From Alicycliphilus soli (lineage in GTDB: Bacteria > Pseudomonadota > Gammaproteobacteria > Burkholderiales > Burkholderiaceae_C), in the NCBI RefSeq assembly GCF_040732315.1, contig NZ_CP160388.1, positions 1,794,494 through 1,826,493 on the forward strand: a stretch of 32,000 bases of DNA, given 5' to 3'. Made by a program: the position numbers and the translations under genes. This document shows, in pieces, positions 1 through 11,500 of the stretch. The first letter of the stretch is position 1. Each line of letters opens with the position of its first letter. A model generated the notes under the pieces. It did no database searches and was not told the origin of the DNA. It saw only the letters and a list, made by a program, of their open reading frames with translations.

Positions 1-330
1 GTCGCAGGCCGTGAGCTGCGTGGGCACGCAATAGGCCTGCACGGGCAGGCGGCTGTCCTCGCCGGGCACCGCGCCGTCGTCGAGCGGGGCGACCTCGATC
101 TGCCCCGTCACCTTGAGCTCTATGGCCTCGTGCGGCTGGGTCAGCGTGAGCGTGTGGGTGACGTTGCCGTAGGCGTCCACCTGCTCCTCGAGCAGGCCGG
201 GCGCCTCGATGTTCCAGCGCAGCACGCGCTGGTGCTCGTCCTGGCGCGGCGTCAGGCGCAGCACCTGGATGCTGTAGCTCACGGGGTCGGTGTAGTGGTA
301 GCGGGTGGTGTGCCTGATGAGATGGCGCAT
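1..330 (-). CDS. transglutaminase-like protein, N-terminal part (rest of gene lies beyond the window start)
   Basis: Absent from the ORF track because no stop falls in the window. Reverse-strand ATG at 330-328 opens MRHLIRHTTRYHYTDPVSYSIQVLRLTPRQDEHQRVLRWNIEAPG..., the usual N-terminal domain of bacterial transglutaminase-like proteins. It sits downstream of the ATP-grasp/alpha-E pair. Confidence 0.7.
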   Translation of the reverse strand, partial: MRHLIRHTTRYHYTDPVSYSIQVLRLTPRQDEHQRVLRWNIEAPGLLEEQVDAYGNVTHTLTLTQPHEAIELKVTGQIEVAPLDDGAVPGEDSRLPVQAYCVPTQLTACD

Positions 331-359
331 GTCTGGCTCCTGGCTTTGTCTCAAACTTG

Positions 360-390
360 ATAGCTGCTCGCGCTTGCCCCACAAGGGCTA
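360..390 (+). repeat. REP-type hairpin repeat, family 1, copy C (intergenic, overlaps the alpha-E stop codon)
   Basis: ATAGCTGCTCGCGCTTGCCCCACAAG at 360-385 is the exact reverse complement of 6279-6304. GCGCTTG/CAAG(G)GC forms the hairpin stem. Confidence 0.7.
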
Positions 391-1368
391 GGCACTCAAA
401 GGAAGCAGAAAATCACTGCCGATGCGCGTGCCCAGGTGGTTGATGCGCGCGAGGAAGTTCGTCAGAAAGCGGTGCAGGCCCGGGCCGCGCAGAATGTCCT
501 CGATGCGGCCGTACTCGAGCTCGGCCAGCAGCAGGCCGGCCTGGCGTTCGGTCTCGGCCGAGCGATCATTGGCCACGCGCGCCAGGCTCTCCCTCACGCC
601 GCGCACCAGCGCCACCAGCGAGCTCGGCAGCGTGGTGTTGAGCACCAGCAGCTCGGCCACGCGCGAGGGCGTGACCACGTCGCGATAGACCTTGCGGTAG
701 ACCTCCAGCGCCGACACGCAGCTCAGGATGGCGGACCAGCGGTAGAACTCGCCCGCGTCGGCATCGAGCGCCTTGCCCTGCGCCGCCGTGGCGCCGCCGC
801 CGGCCAGGGCCTCGTGCTCGTGAAAGCGCACGTCGAGCATGCGCGCCATGTTGTCGGCGCGCTCGAGCTGGCTGCCCAGGCGCATGAAGTGCAGGGCCTC
901 GTCCACGAGCATGGTGTTCTCTGTCACGCCGCGCACCAGGTGCGCGCGGCGCTTGATCCACTCGAAGAACTGCTCGGGGTTGCGCTCGAGCACGCCCTCG
1001 TCGAGGTCGCGCAGCAGCGTCAGCCAGGTGAGGTTGATGGTCTCCCACAGCTCGGTGGTCAGGCTGCCGCGCACGGCGCGTGCGTTCTCACGGCAGGCGC
1101 GCAGGCAGGCGTAGATCGACGACGGGTTGTCGGCGTCGCGCACCATGAAGTGGATCACGGCCTGGGGCTCGGGGTCCCCGTAGCGCGCGGCAAAGTCGTC
1201 TTCCAGCTCGAACAGGCGCAGCATGGCCTGCCAGGACTGGCGGTGCACGGCCGCGTCGCGCGGCAGCAGGGCCAGCTGGCTGTTGACGTGCAGCATGCGG
1301 GCGGTGTTCTCGGCGCGCTCGATGTAGCGGCACATCCAGAAAAGATGGTCGGCGGTGCGGCTCAGCAT
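388..1368 (-). CDS. alpha-E domain protein (DUF403-type)
   Basis: ORF 388..1776 trimmed to the ATG at 1368 (MLSRTADHLFWMCRYIERAENTARMLHVN...), the characteristic alpha-E N-terminus. The upstream extension is Arg/Pro/Gly-rich and overlaps the preceding gene. Confidence 0.85.
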   Translation of the reverse strand: MLSRTADHLFWMCRYIERAENTARMLHVNSQLALLPRDAAVHRQSWQAMLRLFELEDDFAARYGDPEPQAVIHFMVRDADNPSSIYACLRACRENARAVRGSLTTELWETINLTWLTLLRDLDEGVLERNPEQFFEWIKRRAHLVRGVTENTMLVDEALHFMRLGSQLERADNMARMLDVRFHEHEALAGGGATAAQGKALDADAGEFYRWSAILSCVSALEVYRKVYRDVVTPSRVAELLVLNTTLPSSLVALVRGVRESLARVANDRSAETERQAGLLLAELEYGRIEDILRGPGLHRFLTNFLARINHLGTRIGSDFLLPLSA

Positions 1369-1394
1369 GGCTTGGTGTCCTTCCTGTCGTTGCG

Positions 1395-2837
1395 TCACTC
1401 TTCCAGCACCCAGGTGTCCTTGGTGCCGCCGCCCTGGCTGCTGTTGACCACGAGCGAGCCCTCCTTGAGCGCCACGCGGCACAGGCCGCCGGGCACGGTG
1501 CGGATCTCCTTGCCGCACAGCACATAGGGCCGCAGGTCCACATGGCGCGGGGCCACGCCCGATTCGACATAGGTCGGCGTGGTCGAGAGCGCCAGCGTCG
1601 GCTGGGCGATGTAGTGGGCCGGGTTGGCCTGGATGCGCGCGCGGAACTCGTCGAGCTCGGCGCGGCTGGCCGTGGGGCCGACGAGCATGCCGTAGCCGCC
1701 CGCGCCATGCACCTCCTTGACCACCAGCTCGGGCAGGTGGGCGAGCACATGCGACAGCTCCTTGGGGCGGCTGCACTGCCAGGTGGGCACGTTGGAGAGG
1801 ATGGGCTCCTCGCCCAGGTAGAAGCGGATCATGTCCGGCACGAACAGATAGGTGGACTTGTCGTCCGCCAGCCCCGTGCCGATGGCGTTGGCCAGCGTGA
1901 TGCGCCGCGCCCGGCAGGCCGAGAGCAGCCCCGGCACACCCAGGGCCGAGTCGCCGCGGAAGGTCAGCGGGTCGAGAAAATCGTCGTCCACGCGGCGGTA
2001 GATCACGTCCACGCGCTGCGGCCCGCGCGTGGTGCGCATGTAGACCGTGTTCTGGTCCACGAACAAGTCCTTGCCCTCGACCAGCTCCACGCCCATCTGC
2101 TGCGCGAGGAACGCGTGCTCGAAGTAGGCCGAGTTGTACATGCCGGGCGTGAGCACCACCACCGTGGGGTCGTCAATGTTGCGCGGGGCGACCTCGCGCA
2201 GGTTGTCGAGCAGCATGTCGGGGTAATGGGCCACGGGGGCCACGCGCTCGCGGCTGAACATCTCGGGCATGAGCCGCATCGACATCTTGCGGTTCTCGAG
2301 CATGTAGGACACGCCCGAGGGCACGCGCAGGTTGTCCTCCAGCACATAGAACTCGCCCGCGTTGGCGCGCACTATGTCTATGCCCGCGACATGGCAGTAG
2401 ATGTTCTCGGCCACGGTGACGTCCTGCATCTCGGGGCGGTACTGGGCGTTCAGGAACACTTGCTCGGGCGGCACGATGCCCGCGCGCACGATGTCGTGGT
2501 CGTGGTAGATGTCGTGGATGAACATGTTGAGCGCGCGCACCCGCTGCTTGAGCCCCTGGTCCAGCCAGCGCCATTCGGCCGCCGGGATGACGCGCGGGAT
2601 CAGGTCGAACGGGATCAGGCGCTCGGTGCCGTCGGCGTCGCCCGCCATGGAGAAGGTGATGCCTATGCGCCGGAAGTTCAGGTCGGCCTCCAGGCGCCGC
2701 GCCGCCATGGCCTGTGGGGGCTGGGCCGCGAGCCACTGGGCAAACGCGCGGTAATGCGGTCGCACCTGGCCGCCTTCGTCCAGCATTTCGTTAAAGGCGC
2801 GTTCGGAGATGGTTTTTTCGGCAACTGCGTCGCTCAT
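1395..2837 (-). CDS. circularly permuted type-2 ATP-grasp protein (DUF404/DUF407-type)
   Basis: ORF 1395..3008 trimmed to the ATG at 2837 (MSDAVAEKTISERAFNEMLDEGGQVRPHYRAF...). Length and sequence are typical of the family that pairs with alpha-E proteins. Confidence 0.85.
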   Translation of the reverse strand: MSDAVAEKTISERAFNEMLDEGGQVRPHYRAFAQWLAAQPPQAMAARRLEADLNFRRIGITFSMAGDADGTERLIPFDLIPRVIPAAEWRWLDQGLKQRVRALNMFIHDIYHDHDIVRAGIVPPEQVFLNAQYRPEMQDVTVAENIYCHVAGIDIVRANAGEFYVLEDNLRVPSGVSYMLENRKMSMRLMPEMFSRERVAPVAHYPDMLLDNLREVAPRNIDDPTVVVLTPGMYNSAYFEHAFLAQQMGVELVEGKDLFVDQNTVYMRTTRGPQRVDVIYRRVDDDFLDPLTFRGDSALGVPGLLSACRARRITLANAIGTGLADDKSTYLFVPDMIRFYLGEEPILSNVPTWQCSRPKELSHVLAHLPELVVKEVHGAGGYGMLVGPTASRAELDEFRARIQANPAHYIAQPTLALSTTPTYVESGVAPRHVDLRPYVLCGKEIRTVPGGLCRVALKEGSLVVNSSQGGGTKDTWVLEE

Positions 2838-3056
2838 CGGCGGGTCCTCCCATGCTGCGCAGCAAGAAGCTGCGGATGCAGGGGACAAAGCAGATACCGT
2901 GCCATCGGCCGTGCGCGGCATTGCGCGGCCTGGCTGAAGGGGGCGATGGGTGCGCGGCCCTGGCGGGAGCGCACCGCTGTGGTGCGATGCGGGCGGGCAT
3001 GCGCGCACCGCAGCGGGGCAGGTGTGCCTGTCGCGCGTGTTGTCGGCCGCGCTGTA

Positions 3057-3338
3057 TCAGCCCCGTTCTATGGGCAGGCCCAACCGCAGGGCCACGGCGC
3101 CCACGCTGCCGCCATTGCTCACCTGGGTGTAGCCCTGGGCGCGCAGCCATTGGGTGGCCATGTCCGAGCGCGCGCCCGAGATGCAGCACAGAATCACCGG
3201 CGCATCGCGCCGCGGCAATGCGCTGCAGGCCAGGCGGGCAAGGTCGCCCAGCGGCAGATTGATGGAGCCCGCGACATGGCCGTTGGCAAATTCTTCGGGT
3301 GAACGCACGTCCACCACCAGGGCCGTGGTTTCGCTCAT
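3057..3338 (-). CDS. single-domain rhodanese-like sulfurtransferase
   Basis: MSETTALVVDVRSPEEFANGHVAGSINLPL...VILCCISGARS shows the rhodanese fold motif and a CxxGxRS active-site loop. Trimmed from ORF 3057..3920. Confidence 0.85.
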   Translation of the reverse strand: MSETTALVVDVRSPEEFANGHVAGSINLPLGDLARLACSALPRRDAPVILCCISGARSDMATQWLRAQGYTQVSNGGSVGAVALRLGLPIERG

Positions 3339-3349
3339 GTGGCCACCTC

Positions 3350-3559
3350 TCAGCAACCGGGCTGTATGCCCAGCTTGCGCAGAATGCTCTCCATCAGGCA
3401 CCAGCGGGTGAGCCCGCTTTGCAGCAGGTTCACGCCCACGAAGGCGGTGAAGGCCAGCCACCACTGGCTCATGAAAATGGGGCTGCCGGGTATGCCCAGC
3501 GCCAGGCTCAGCAGGATGAAGCTGCCAGCAATGATGCGAACGACTTGCCATGAGGTCAT
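3350..3559 (-). CDS. DUF2892 (YgaP C-terminal-like) small membrane protein
   Basis: 69 aa with two hydrophobic helices and the conserved LLQSGLTRWC motif. Usual partner of rhodanese genes. Confidence 0.75.
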   Translation of the reverse strand: MTSWQVVRIIAGSFILLSLALGIPGSPIFMSQWWLAFTAFVGVNLLQSGLTRWCLMESILRKLGIQPGC

Positions 3560-3604
3560 GAAGGTTCTCCTTTGAAGAAGCGATGAAAAAGCGGTGTCGG
3601 GGGT

Positions 3605-4753
3605 TCAGCGGTACTGGCGCAGGTAGCGCCGCTCGAAGGCGCGCTTGGCCCAGTGGAAGGCGCGCGAGCTCGGCAGCACCAGGTTGCGCCGCGCATTGCG
3701 CAGCACCAGGGTGCCGCCGTCGATGGAGTCGATGATGCAGGCCAGCTCGGCCGCAAAGCCCGCCGTCTGCGGCCGGCCTGCCAGGCCGTCGAGCAGGTTC
3801 TGCGCCGCGGCGCGCGCGTGCAGCTCGGCCATGTGGGCCTGCTTGGGAGCCCAGTCGGGCCCGGGGAAGCTGCCCGCGTCGCCCACCACATAGGCGTGCT
3901 GCCAGCCCTCGATGCGGCATTGCGCATCGGCGCGCACCAGGCCGCCGCTCGAGCGGGGCAGGGTGGTCTGGTCGAACCAGGCGTTGCCCGTCATGCCGGG
4001 CATGAAGAGGATCAGGTCGGCCGCGATCTCGCCGCCCTCGGTCACGACCTTGTCGGCCTCGAAGCGCAGCAGCTTGTGCCCCAGGTGGGTGCGTATGCCG
4101 CGGCGCGCCATGGTGGCCAGCAGGCCCTGCACGGCCTTCGCTCCCAGGCGGTTGCCGGGCTCCGCGCTGGGGTTGAAGAACACCAGCTCGAAGCGCTCGC
4201 GCCGGCCCTCGCGGCGCAGCTGGGTGTCGATGCCGAAGAGAAACTCGAACATCGGCCCGCCGCGCACGGCCTGCTGCTCCTGCGGATTGGCTGCAAAGCC
4301 GATGGCGATGGTGCCGCCCTGCATGGCGCGCAGGCGGTCGCGGATCTTCTCGGCCGCATCTATTCCCTCGCAGGGCGTGATGGCGTGCTCCACGCCAGGC
4401 AGCTTCTTGATGAAGCGCCCGCCCGTGGCGATGACCAGCGCGTCGTTGGCCACATCGCCCGCCGTGGTGCGCACCGTGCGGCCGTCATCGGACAGGCCCG
4501 TGACCTCGGCCGCCACATGGCGCACGCGCATGCGCTCGAAGAACGGCGCGAGCGGCACGACGAGCTGCTCGCGCGTGCGCAGGCCGCTCGGTATCCAGAT
4601 GATGCTGGGCAGGTAGTGCAGCTCGGCGCGCGGCGACACCAGCGTGATCTGCACATCGCCGCTGCGCCGGCGCAGCTCGCGCACCGTGGCGAGGGCGCCA
4701 AAGCCGGCGCCCAGCACCGTGATGTGGGGGGCGGCATTTGTCGGGGCGTTCAT
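3605..4753 (-). CDS. FAD-dependent pyridine nucleotide-disulfide oxidoreductase, sulfide:quinone oxidoreductase-like
   Basis: N-terminal Rossmann motif ITVLGAGFGALA. Start set at ATG 4753 (MNAPTN...), preceded by GGGAG. Operon context with DUF2892 and rhodanese. Confidence 0.75.
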   Translation of the reverse strand: MNAPTNAAPHITVLGAGFGALATVRELRRRSGDVQITLVSPRAELHYLPSIIWIPSGLRTREQLVVPLAPFFERMRVRHVAAEVTGLSDDGRTVRTTAGDVANDALVIATGGRFIKKLPGVEHAITPCEGIDAAEKIRDRLRAMQGGTIAIGFAANPQEQQAVRGGPMFEFLFGIDTQLRREGRRERFELVFFNPSAEPGNRLGAKAVQGLLATMARRGIRTHLGHKLLRFEADKVVTEGGEIAADLILFMPGMTGNAWFDQTTLPRSSGGLVRADAQCRIEGWQHAYVVGDAGSFPGPDWAPKQAHMAELHARAAAQNLLDGLAGRPQTAGFAAELACIIDSIDGGTLVLRNARRNLVLPSSRAFHWAKRAFERRYLRQYR

Positions 4754-4846
4754 GGCTGGGCTCCCGGCAGGGGGCGTTGTCCCGGCGCTGTGCACCTCAT
4801 GTGCCGGGACAGGTCGAATGCGCGACCGAATAATGTCATTGAAATT

Positions 4847-4883
4847 GCTCCTTCAGCTTTATCCATCAAACGCTGGCAGCTAT
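4847..4883 (-). repeat. REP-type hairpin repeat, family 1, copy E (diverged, intergenic)
   Basis: GCTCCTTCAGCTTTATCCATCAAACGCTGGCAGCTAT aligns over most positions with the reverse complement of copy B (25307-25348). Confidence 0.5.
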
Positions 4884-4894
4884 TAATATGAGAG

Positions 4895-6312
4895 TTAGTT
4901 GTCGCCAGGTGCCGACTGGCTCGCGCGGCGCAGCGCCGCCTCGTCCAGCCGCCCGGCGAGCTGCGCGAGCTGCAGCTCGGCGAGCAGCAGGCGGCTCATC
5001 GCCTGGGCCAGGGCCAGCTGCGTGGCGGCAAGGTCGTTGTCTGCGCCCAGCAGGTCGAGCAGGGTGCGGTGCCCCACCTCGTAGCCGGTGCGCGTGGCGT
5101 CCTGGCGCGCGCGGCTGGCCTGCAGGGCCTGCTGCAGCGCCTGCACCTGCTGCTCGCCGCTGCGCAGGCCCAGCCAGGTGGCGTGCACCTGGCGCGCGAC
5201 CTGCTCGCGCGTGGCGTCCAGGCGCGCCTGGGCCTCGTTCCAGCGCGCCAGGCTTTCGTCCTCCTTGGCCGAGCGGTAGCCGCCCGTGTACAGCGGCACC
5301 GTGAGCTGCACGCCGAGCAGGGCGCGCCGGTCCTTGTTGCGCGCGCCGCTGCCGTAGTCGCCGCTGCCCGACAGGCGCTCCTGCGCGGCCTGGGCCACGA
5401 GCTCGAGCCGCGGCGCGGCGCTGGCGCGGTGCTTGTCGGCCTCGGCGCGCGCCAGGTCGGCGGCGAGCTGCTGCAGCCGTATGCCGGGATTGCCCGCGGC
5501 GGCTTGTTCCTGCCACAGCGCCAGGGCTTGCGCGGTGGGCTGCATGACCTGGGGGATATGCGCCACCAGGCCGGCGTCGGGCAGGCCCGTGCTGTCGGCC
5601 AGCCGGCGGCGCTGGATGTCGAGCTCGGCCTGCGCGGCCAGGCGCCGGGCGTCGAGCTGCGCCTCCTGCGCGCGGGCCTCGTGCACGGCGGTGATGGGGG
5701 CGGCGCCGAGGTCGAAGCGGTCCTGCGCCTCGGTGGCGGCCCGGCGCACGGCGTCCAGCTGGCCGTCTAACAGGCGCAGCGACTCCTGGGCCAGGGCCAG
5801 GTCCAGGTACTGGCCCGCGGTGCGCAGCATGGCCGCCTGCTGCGCGGCCTGCCATTGCAGCTCGCCCATGTCGGCCTGCAGGTGCAGTTGCTGCTGCTGG
5901 GCGCGGCGCTCGGGGTCGTAGAGCGGCTGGCTGGCCTGCAGCGCGATGCGCGTGGCCGTGCCGCCGTTGACGGAGGTGCCGAAGTCCACGCCATTGTTCG
6001 TGCCCATGCCCGGGGCGCTGAACTGCGCGCCGCGCATCTGGCTCTCGCCATGGCCCCAGCCGGCCGCGGTCGTCATGCCCAGGGTGGGGCGCCACAGGGC
6101 GTCGGCCTGGCGGCGCTGCGGCTCGGCCGCGCCATGGGCGGCGCGCGCCACGGCAAGCTCGCGGTCATGGCGCTCGGCCGCCTGCCAGGCCTGCAGCAGG
6201 TCGGTGGCGTGGGCGGCTGGTGCCATGGGCGCCAGCAGCAGGGCGGCGGCGAGTTTGAGGCCAAATATGGCCTTGGCGCTTGTGGGGCAAGCGCGAGCAG
6301 CTATGGTTTTTG

Positions 6313-6316
<4 letters not shown>
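4895..6316 (-). CDS. TolC-family outer-membrane efflux protein
   Basis: ORF 4895..6856 trimmed to the ATG at 6316, which overlaps the RND stop as ATGA. Signal peptide ends ...LLLAPMAPAAHA/TDLL. Two coiled-coil-rich repeats typical of OEP proteins. Confidence 0.85.
6269..6304 (-). repeat. REP-type hairpin repeat, family 1, copy A (inside the first codons of the OMP gene)
   Basis: 6279-6304 is the exact reverse complement of 360-385. Stem GCGCTTG/CAAGCGC. Translated as TIAARACPTSAKAIFGLKL. Confidence 0.7.
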
Positions 6317-9546
<3,230 letters not shown>

Positions 9547-9547
9547 G

Positions 9548-10591
9548 TCAGCGCACCCTTGCCGCAGCCTGGGGCGACTGCGCCACCTGGTCGCCCGCGG
9601 CCAGGCCGCTCAAAACCTCGACCATCTCGCCCTGGGGCTGGCCCAGGCGCACCTGGCGCAGCTGGGGCCGGCCGTTGGCGCCGCGCACGTACACGCCCGT
9701 CATCTCGGCGCGGCGCACCACCGCGCTGGCGGGCACCAAGAGGCGCTGACCTGCGTCCTGCGCGCCGCCCTGCCACCACAGGCGCGCGAATGCGCCGGGC
9801 AGGGCGCCCGCCAGGTTCTCTGGCATATTGTTCGGCAGTGGCACGCGCACGGTGACGGTGTGGCTCAGCGGGTCGGCCGTGGGCAGCACCTGGATCTGCG
9901 CGGCGGCAATGTCCAGGCGCTGGCCGGCAAGCTCGACCTGCACGCCCGCGGCCTGGCCGAGCTGCTGCGCCTGCTGCTGGGTGAGGGCGGCGGCCACGCG
10001 CAGCTGCGCGGGGTCATACACCGACAGCAGCGGCCGGCCCGGCATGGCCATGTCGCCCAGCGCCACGGGCACGCTGGCCACCACGCCGGCATAGGGCGCC
10101 TTGAGCACAAAGAGGCCCGACTGCGTGGCCGCCACACCGGCCTGCGCCTGCAGCGCCTGCACCTGGGCCTGGGCCGCGCGCCATTGGGCCTCGGCGGCAT
10201 CCAGCGCCGCCTGGCTGATGTAGCGCTTGGCAAACAGCTGCCTCTGGCGCTCGTACTCCTTGCCCGCCACCTGCAGATGGGCCTGGGCGGCAGTCACCTG
10301 CGCCTGGCTGGCGCTCGCGCCCTGGTGCGCCATGCGTGCGTCTATGCGCAGCAGCTCCTGGCCTGCGCGCACGCGGTCACCGGCCTTGACGGGCAGCGCA
10401 ACGATGGCGCCCGCCACCTGGGCCGACAGTTGGGTGTCGCGCACGGCCTCCACCTTGGCGTCGCTGCTCTGCCAGCCGGCCTGGGCCGACTGCACGGCAA
10501 CATAGTCGAGAACAGCGGGCTCGGCGGCCCGCACGGGCGACAGACCCGCATGAGCGGCAAGCAAGAGAGGCAGCCAAAGGCGATGAGGCAT
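9548..10591 (-). CDS. RND efflux periplasmic adaptor (HlyD/MFP family)
   Basis: Signal peptide MPHRLWLPLLLAAHAGLSPVRA, a coiled-coil hairpin (AQA repeats) and beta-barrel regions. Sits 1 nt upstream of the RND gene. Confidence 0.85.
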   Translation of the reverse strand: MPHRLWLPLLLAAHAGLSPVRAAEPAVLDYVAVQSAQAGWQSSDAKVEAVRDTQLSAQVAGAIVALPVKAGDRVRAGQELLRIDARMAHQGASASQAQVTAAQAHLQVAGKEYERQRQLFAKRYISQAALDAAEAQWRAAQAQVQALQAQAGVAATQSGLFVLKAPYAGVVASVPVALGDMAMPGRPLLSVYDPAQLRVAAALTQQQAQQLGQAAGVQVELAGQRLDIAAAQIQVLPTADPLSHTVTVRVPLPNNMPENLAGALPGAFARLWWQGGAQDAGQRLLVPASAVVRRAEMTGVYVRGANGRPQLRQVRLGQPQGEMVEVLSGLAAGDQVAQSPQAAARVR

Positions 10592-10612
10592 GGGATGAGC
10601 TTTCTGATGGTT

Positions 10613-10650
10613 TCATTGATTATTTAACCAAGTAGCTAATTAGTCAATGA
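10613..10650. promoter_or_regulatory. imperfect 38-bp palindrome in the divergent MFP/ArsR intergenic region (candidate ArsR-type operator)
   Basis: TCATTGATTATTTAACCAA/GTAGCTAATTAGTCAATGA. The outer 7-mers TCATTGA and TCAATGA are perfect complements, and 14 of 19 positions pair overall. AT-rich in a GC-rich background. Confidence 0.4.
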
Positions 10651-10694
10651 TGTACCATGTGCAGGCATGAGCGCACACCGAATGGAGCGAAGTG

Positions 10695-11033
10695 ATGAAG
10701 GAATTGCCCCCTGAAGCCCTGGATCAGGTCGCCGCCTATTTCCAGGTGCTGGCCGAGCCCACGCGTCTGCGCATCCTCAACCTGCTGCGCCAGGGCGAGC
10801 ACAACGTGGGCGAACTGGCCCAGGCCTGTGGTTACACGGCGGCCAACATCTCAAGGCATTTGTCGTTGATGACCAAGCAGGGCATCGTCTCGCGCGAGGG
10901 ACGCGGCACCAGCGTGTACTACCGCCTGACCGATGAGTCGGTCGACGCGCTGTGCGACCTGGTCTGCGGCAACATCGCGCGCCGACTCGAGCAGGCCGCG
11001 CAGACCAACAGCGCATTTCGTGAGCGCCTGTGA
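10695..11033 (+). CDS. ArsR/SmtB-family transcriptional regulator
   Basis: Winged-HTH signature LAEPTRLRILNLL...VGELAQACGYTAANISRHLSLM. GGAG lies 7 nt before ATG 10695. Confidence 0.85.
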   Translation: MKELPPEALDQVAAYFQVLAEPTRLRILNLLRQGEHNVGELAQACGYTAANISRHLSLMTKQGIVSREGRGTSVYYRLTDESVDALCDLVCGNIARRLEQAAQTNSAFRERL

Positions 11034-11222
11034 GTGACATCCCTCGGGTTCAGCATGTGCTGGGTTCGAAGGACTCCGCTTGGGCTCACCGTTGGCAAAC
11101 TGAGCCGCGCAGAAGTCACGGGTCAAATACAGGGTGGGGCTTGACTGATCCGAAGACTCGATAGGGTTCGTCGGCAATGCCCGTCGGATATGCGATCAAC
11201 AGCGGAACACGATGCCAATCAT

Positions 11223-11250
11223 AGTTAACATAATATACAGAGGCGGTTTG
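11223..11250 (-). other. dif-like XerC/XerD site L
   Basis: Minus strand reads CAAACCGCCTC-TGTATA-TTATGTTAACT. The central hexamer is identical and the XerD arm matches 10/11 to E. coli dif (GGTGCGCATAA-TGTATA-TTATGTTAAAT). The XerC arm is non-canonical. Confidence 0.7.
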
Positions 11251-11500
11251 CTTGATCGAGCAGGGCGGCGCGAATCTCGGGGTTCTTGACCCGTTCGGCT
11301 GCTTGGTCAAGCACCACGCTAGCAGGCGCAATGCCTAGCATCTGCGCTACACTAATTGAAGCACGTTCATCCAATGTTGAGCCTCGTTTTCTGTAGAGGC
11401 TGATTGTTGCTTGGGTGATTCCAAGTGCTTTTGCGACGGCATAGTCGCTAGCAAATCCGCGTTCGTTCTTGACGCGGTCAATCCATTCAAAAGCCTTCAT
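11225..11500 (-). CDS. phage repressor-like HTH protein (XRE/CI-type)
   Basis: 91 aa with an HTH (YAVAKALGITQATISLYRKRG). Divergent from the phage early operon. The last five codons and the stop lie inside dif-like site L. Confidence 0.7.
   Translation of the reverse strand: MKAFEWIDRVKNERGFASDYAVAKALGITQATISLYRKRGSTLDERASISVAQMLGIAPASVVLDQAAERVKNPEIRAALLDQANRLCILC

Noticed and set aside
388-1776. 5' extensions of track ORFs (388..1776, 1395..3008, 3057..3920, 3605..4795, 4895..6856, 19917..20825, 22071..23441, 29733..30563, 14861..16399)
   Set aside because: The extensions overlap the upstream gene or lack protein-like composition. Internal ATGs with an RBS and the family-typical N-terminus were used instead.
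1542-3302. Very long ORFs on the strand opposite to, or out of frame with, recognisable genes in the high-GC parts (for example 436..1527+, 1542..3302+, 3653..4891+, 4866..6095-, 7549..9855+, 9086..10627+, 22290..23426+, 23380..25287-, 23631..25310+, 28597..29727+, 30394..31464+, 30728..31999-)
   Set aside because: Their products are Arg/Ala/Gly/Pro/His-rich and low-complexity with no motifs. Each fully overlaps a gene with clear family signatures. These are typical stop-codon-poor shadow frames of GC-rich DNA.
11055-11080. GGGTTCGAAGG motif that resembles a tRNA T-loop (possible tRNA fragment or att remnant)
   Set aside because: Flanking bases do not form a T-stem or acceptor stem and do not match the tRNA-Lys 3' end.
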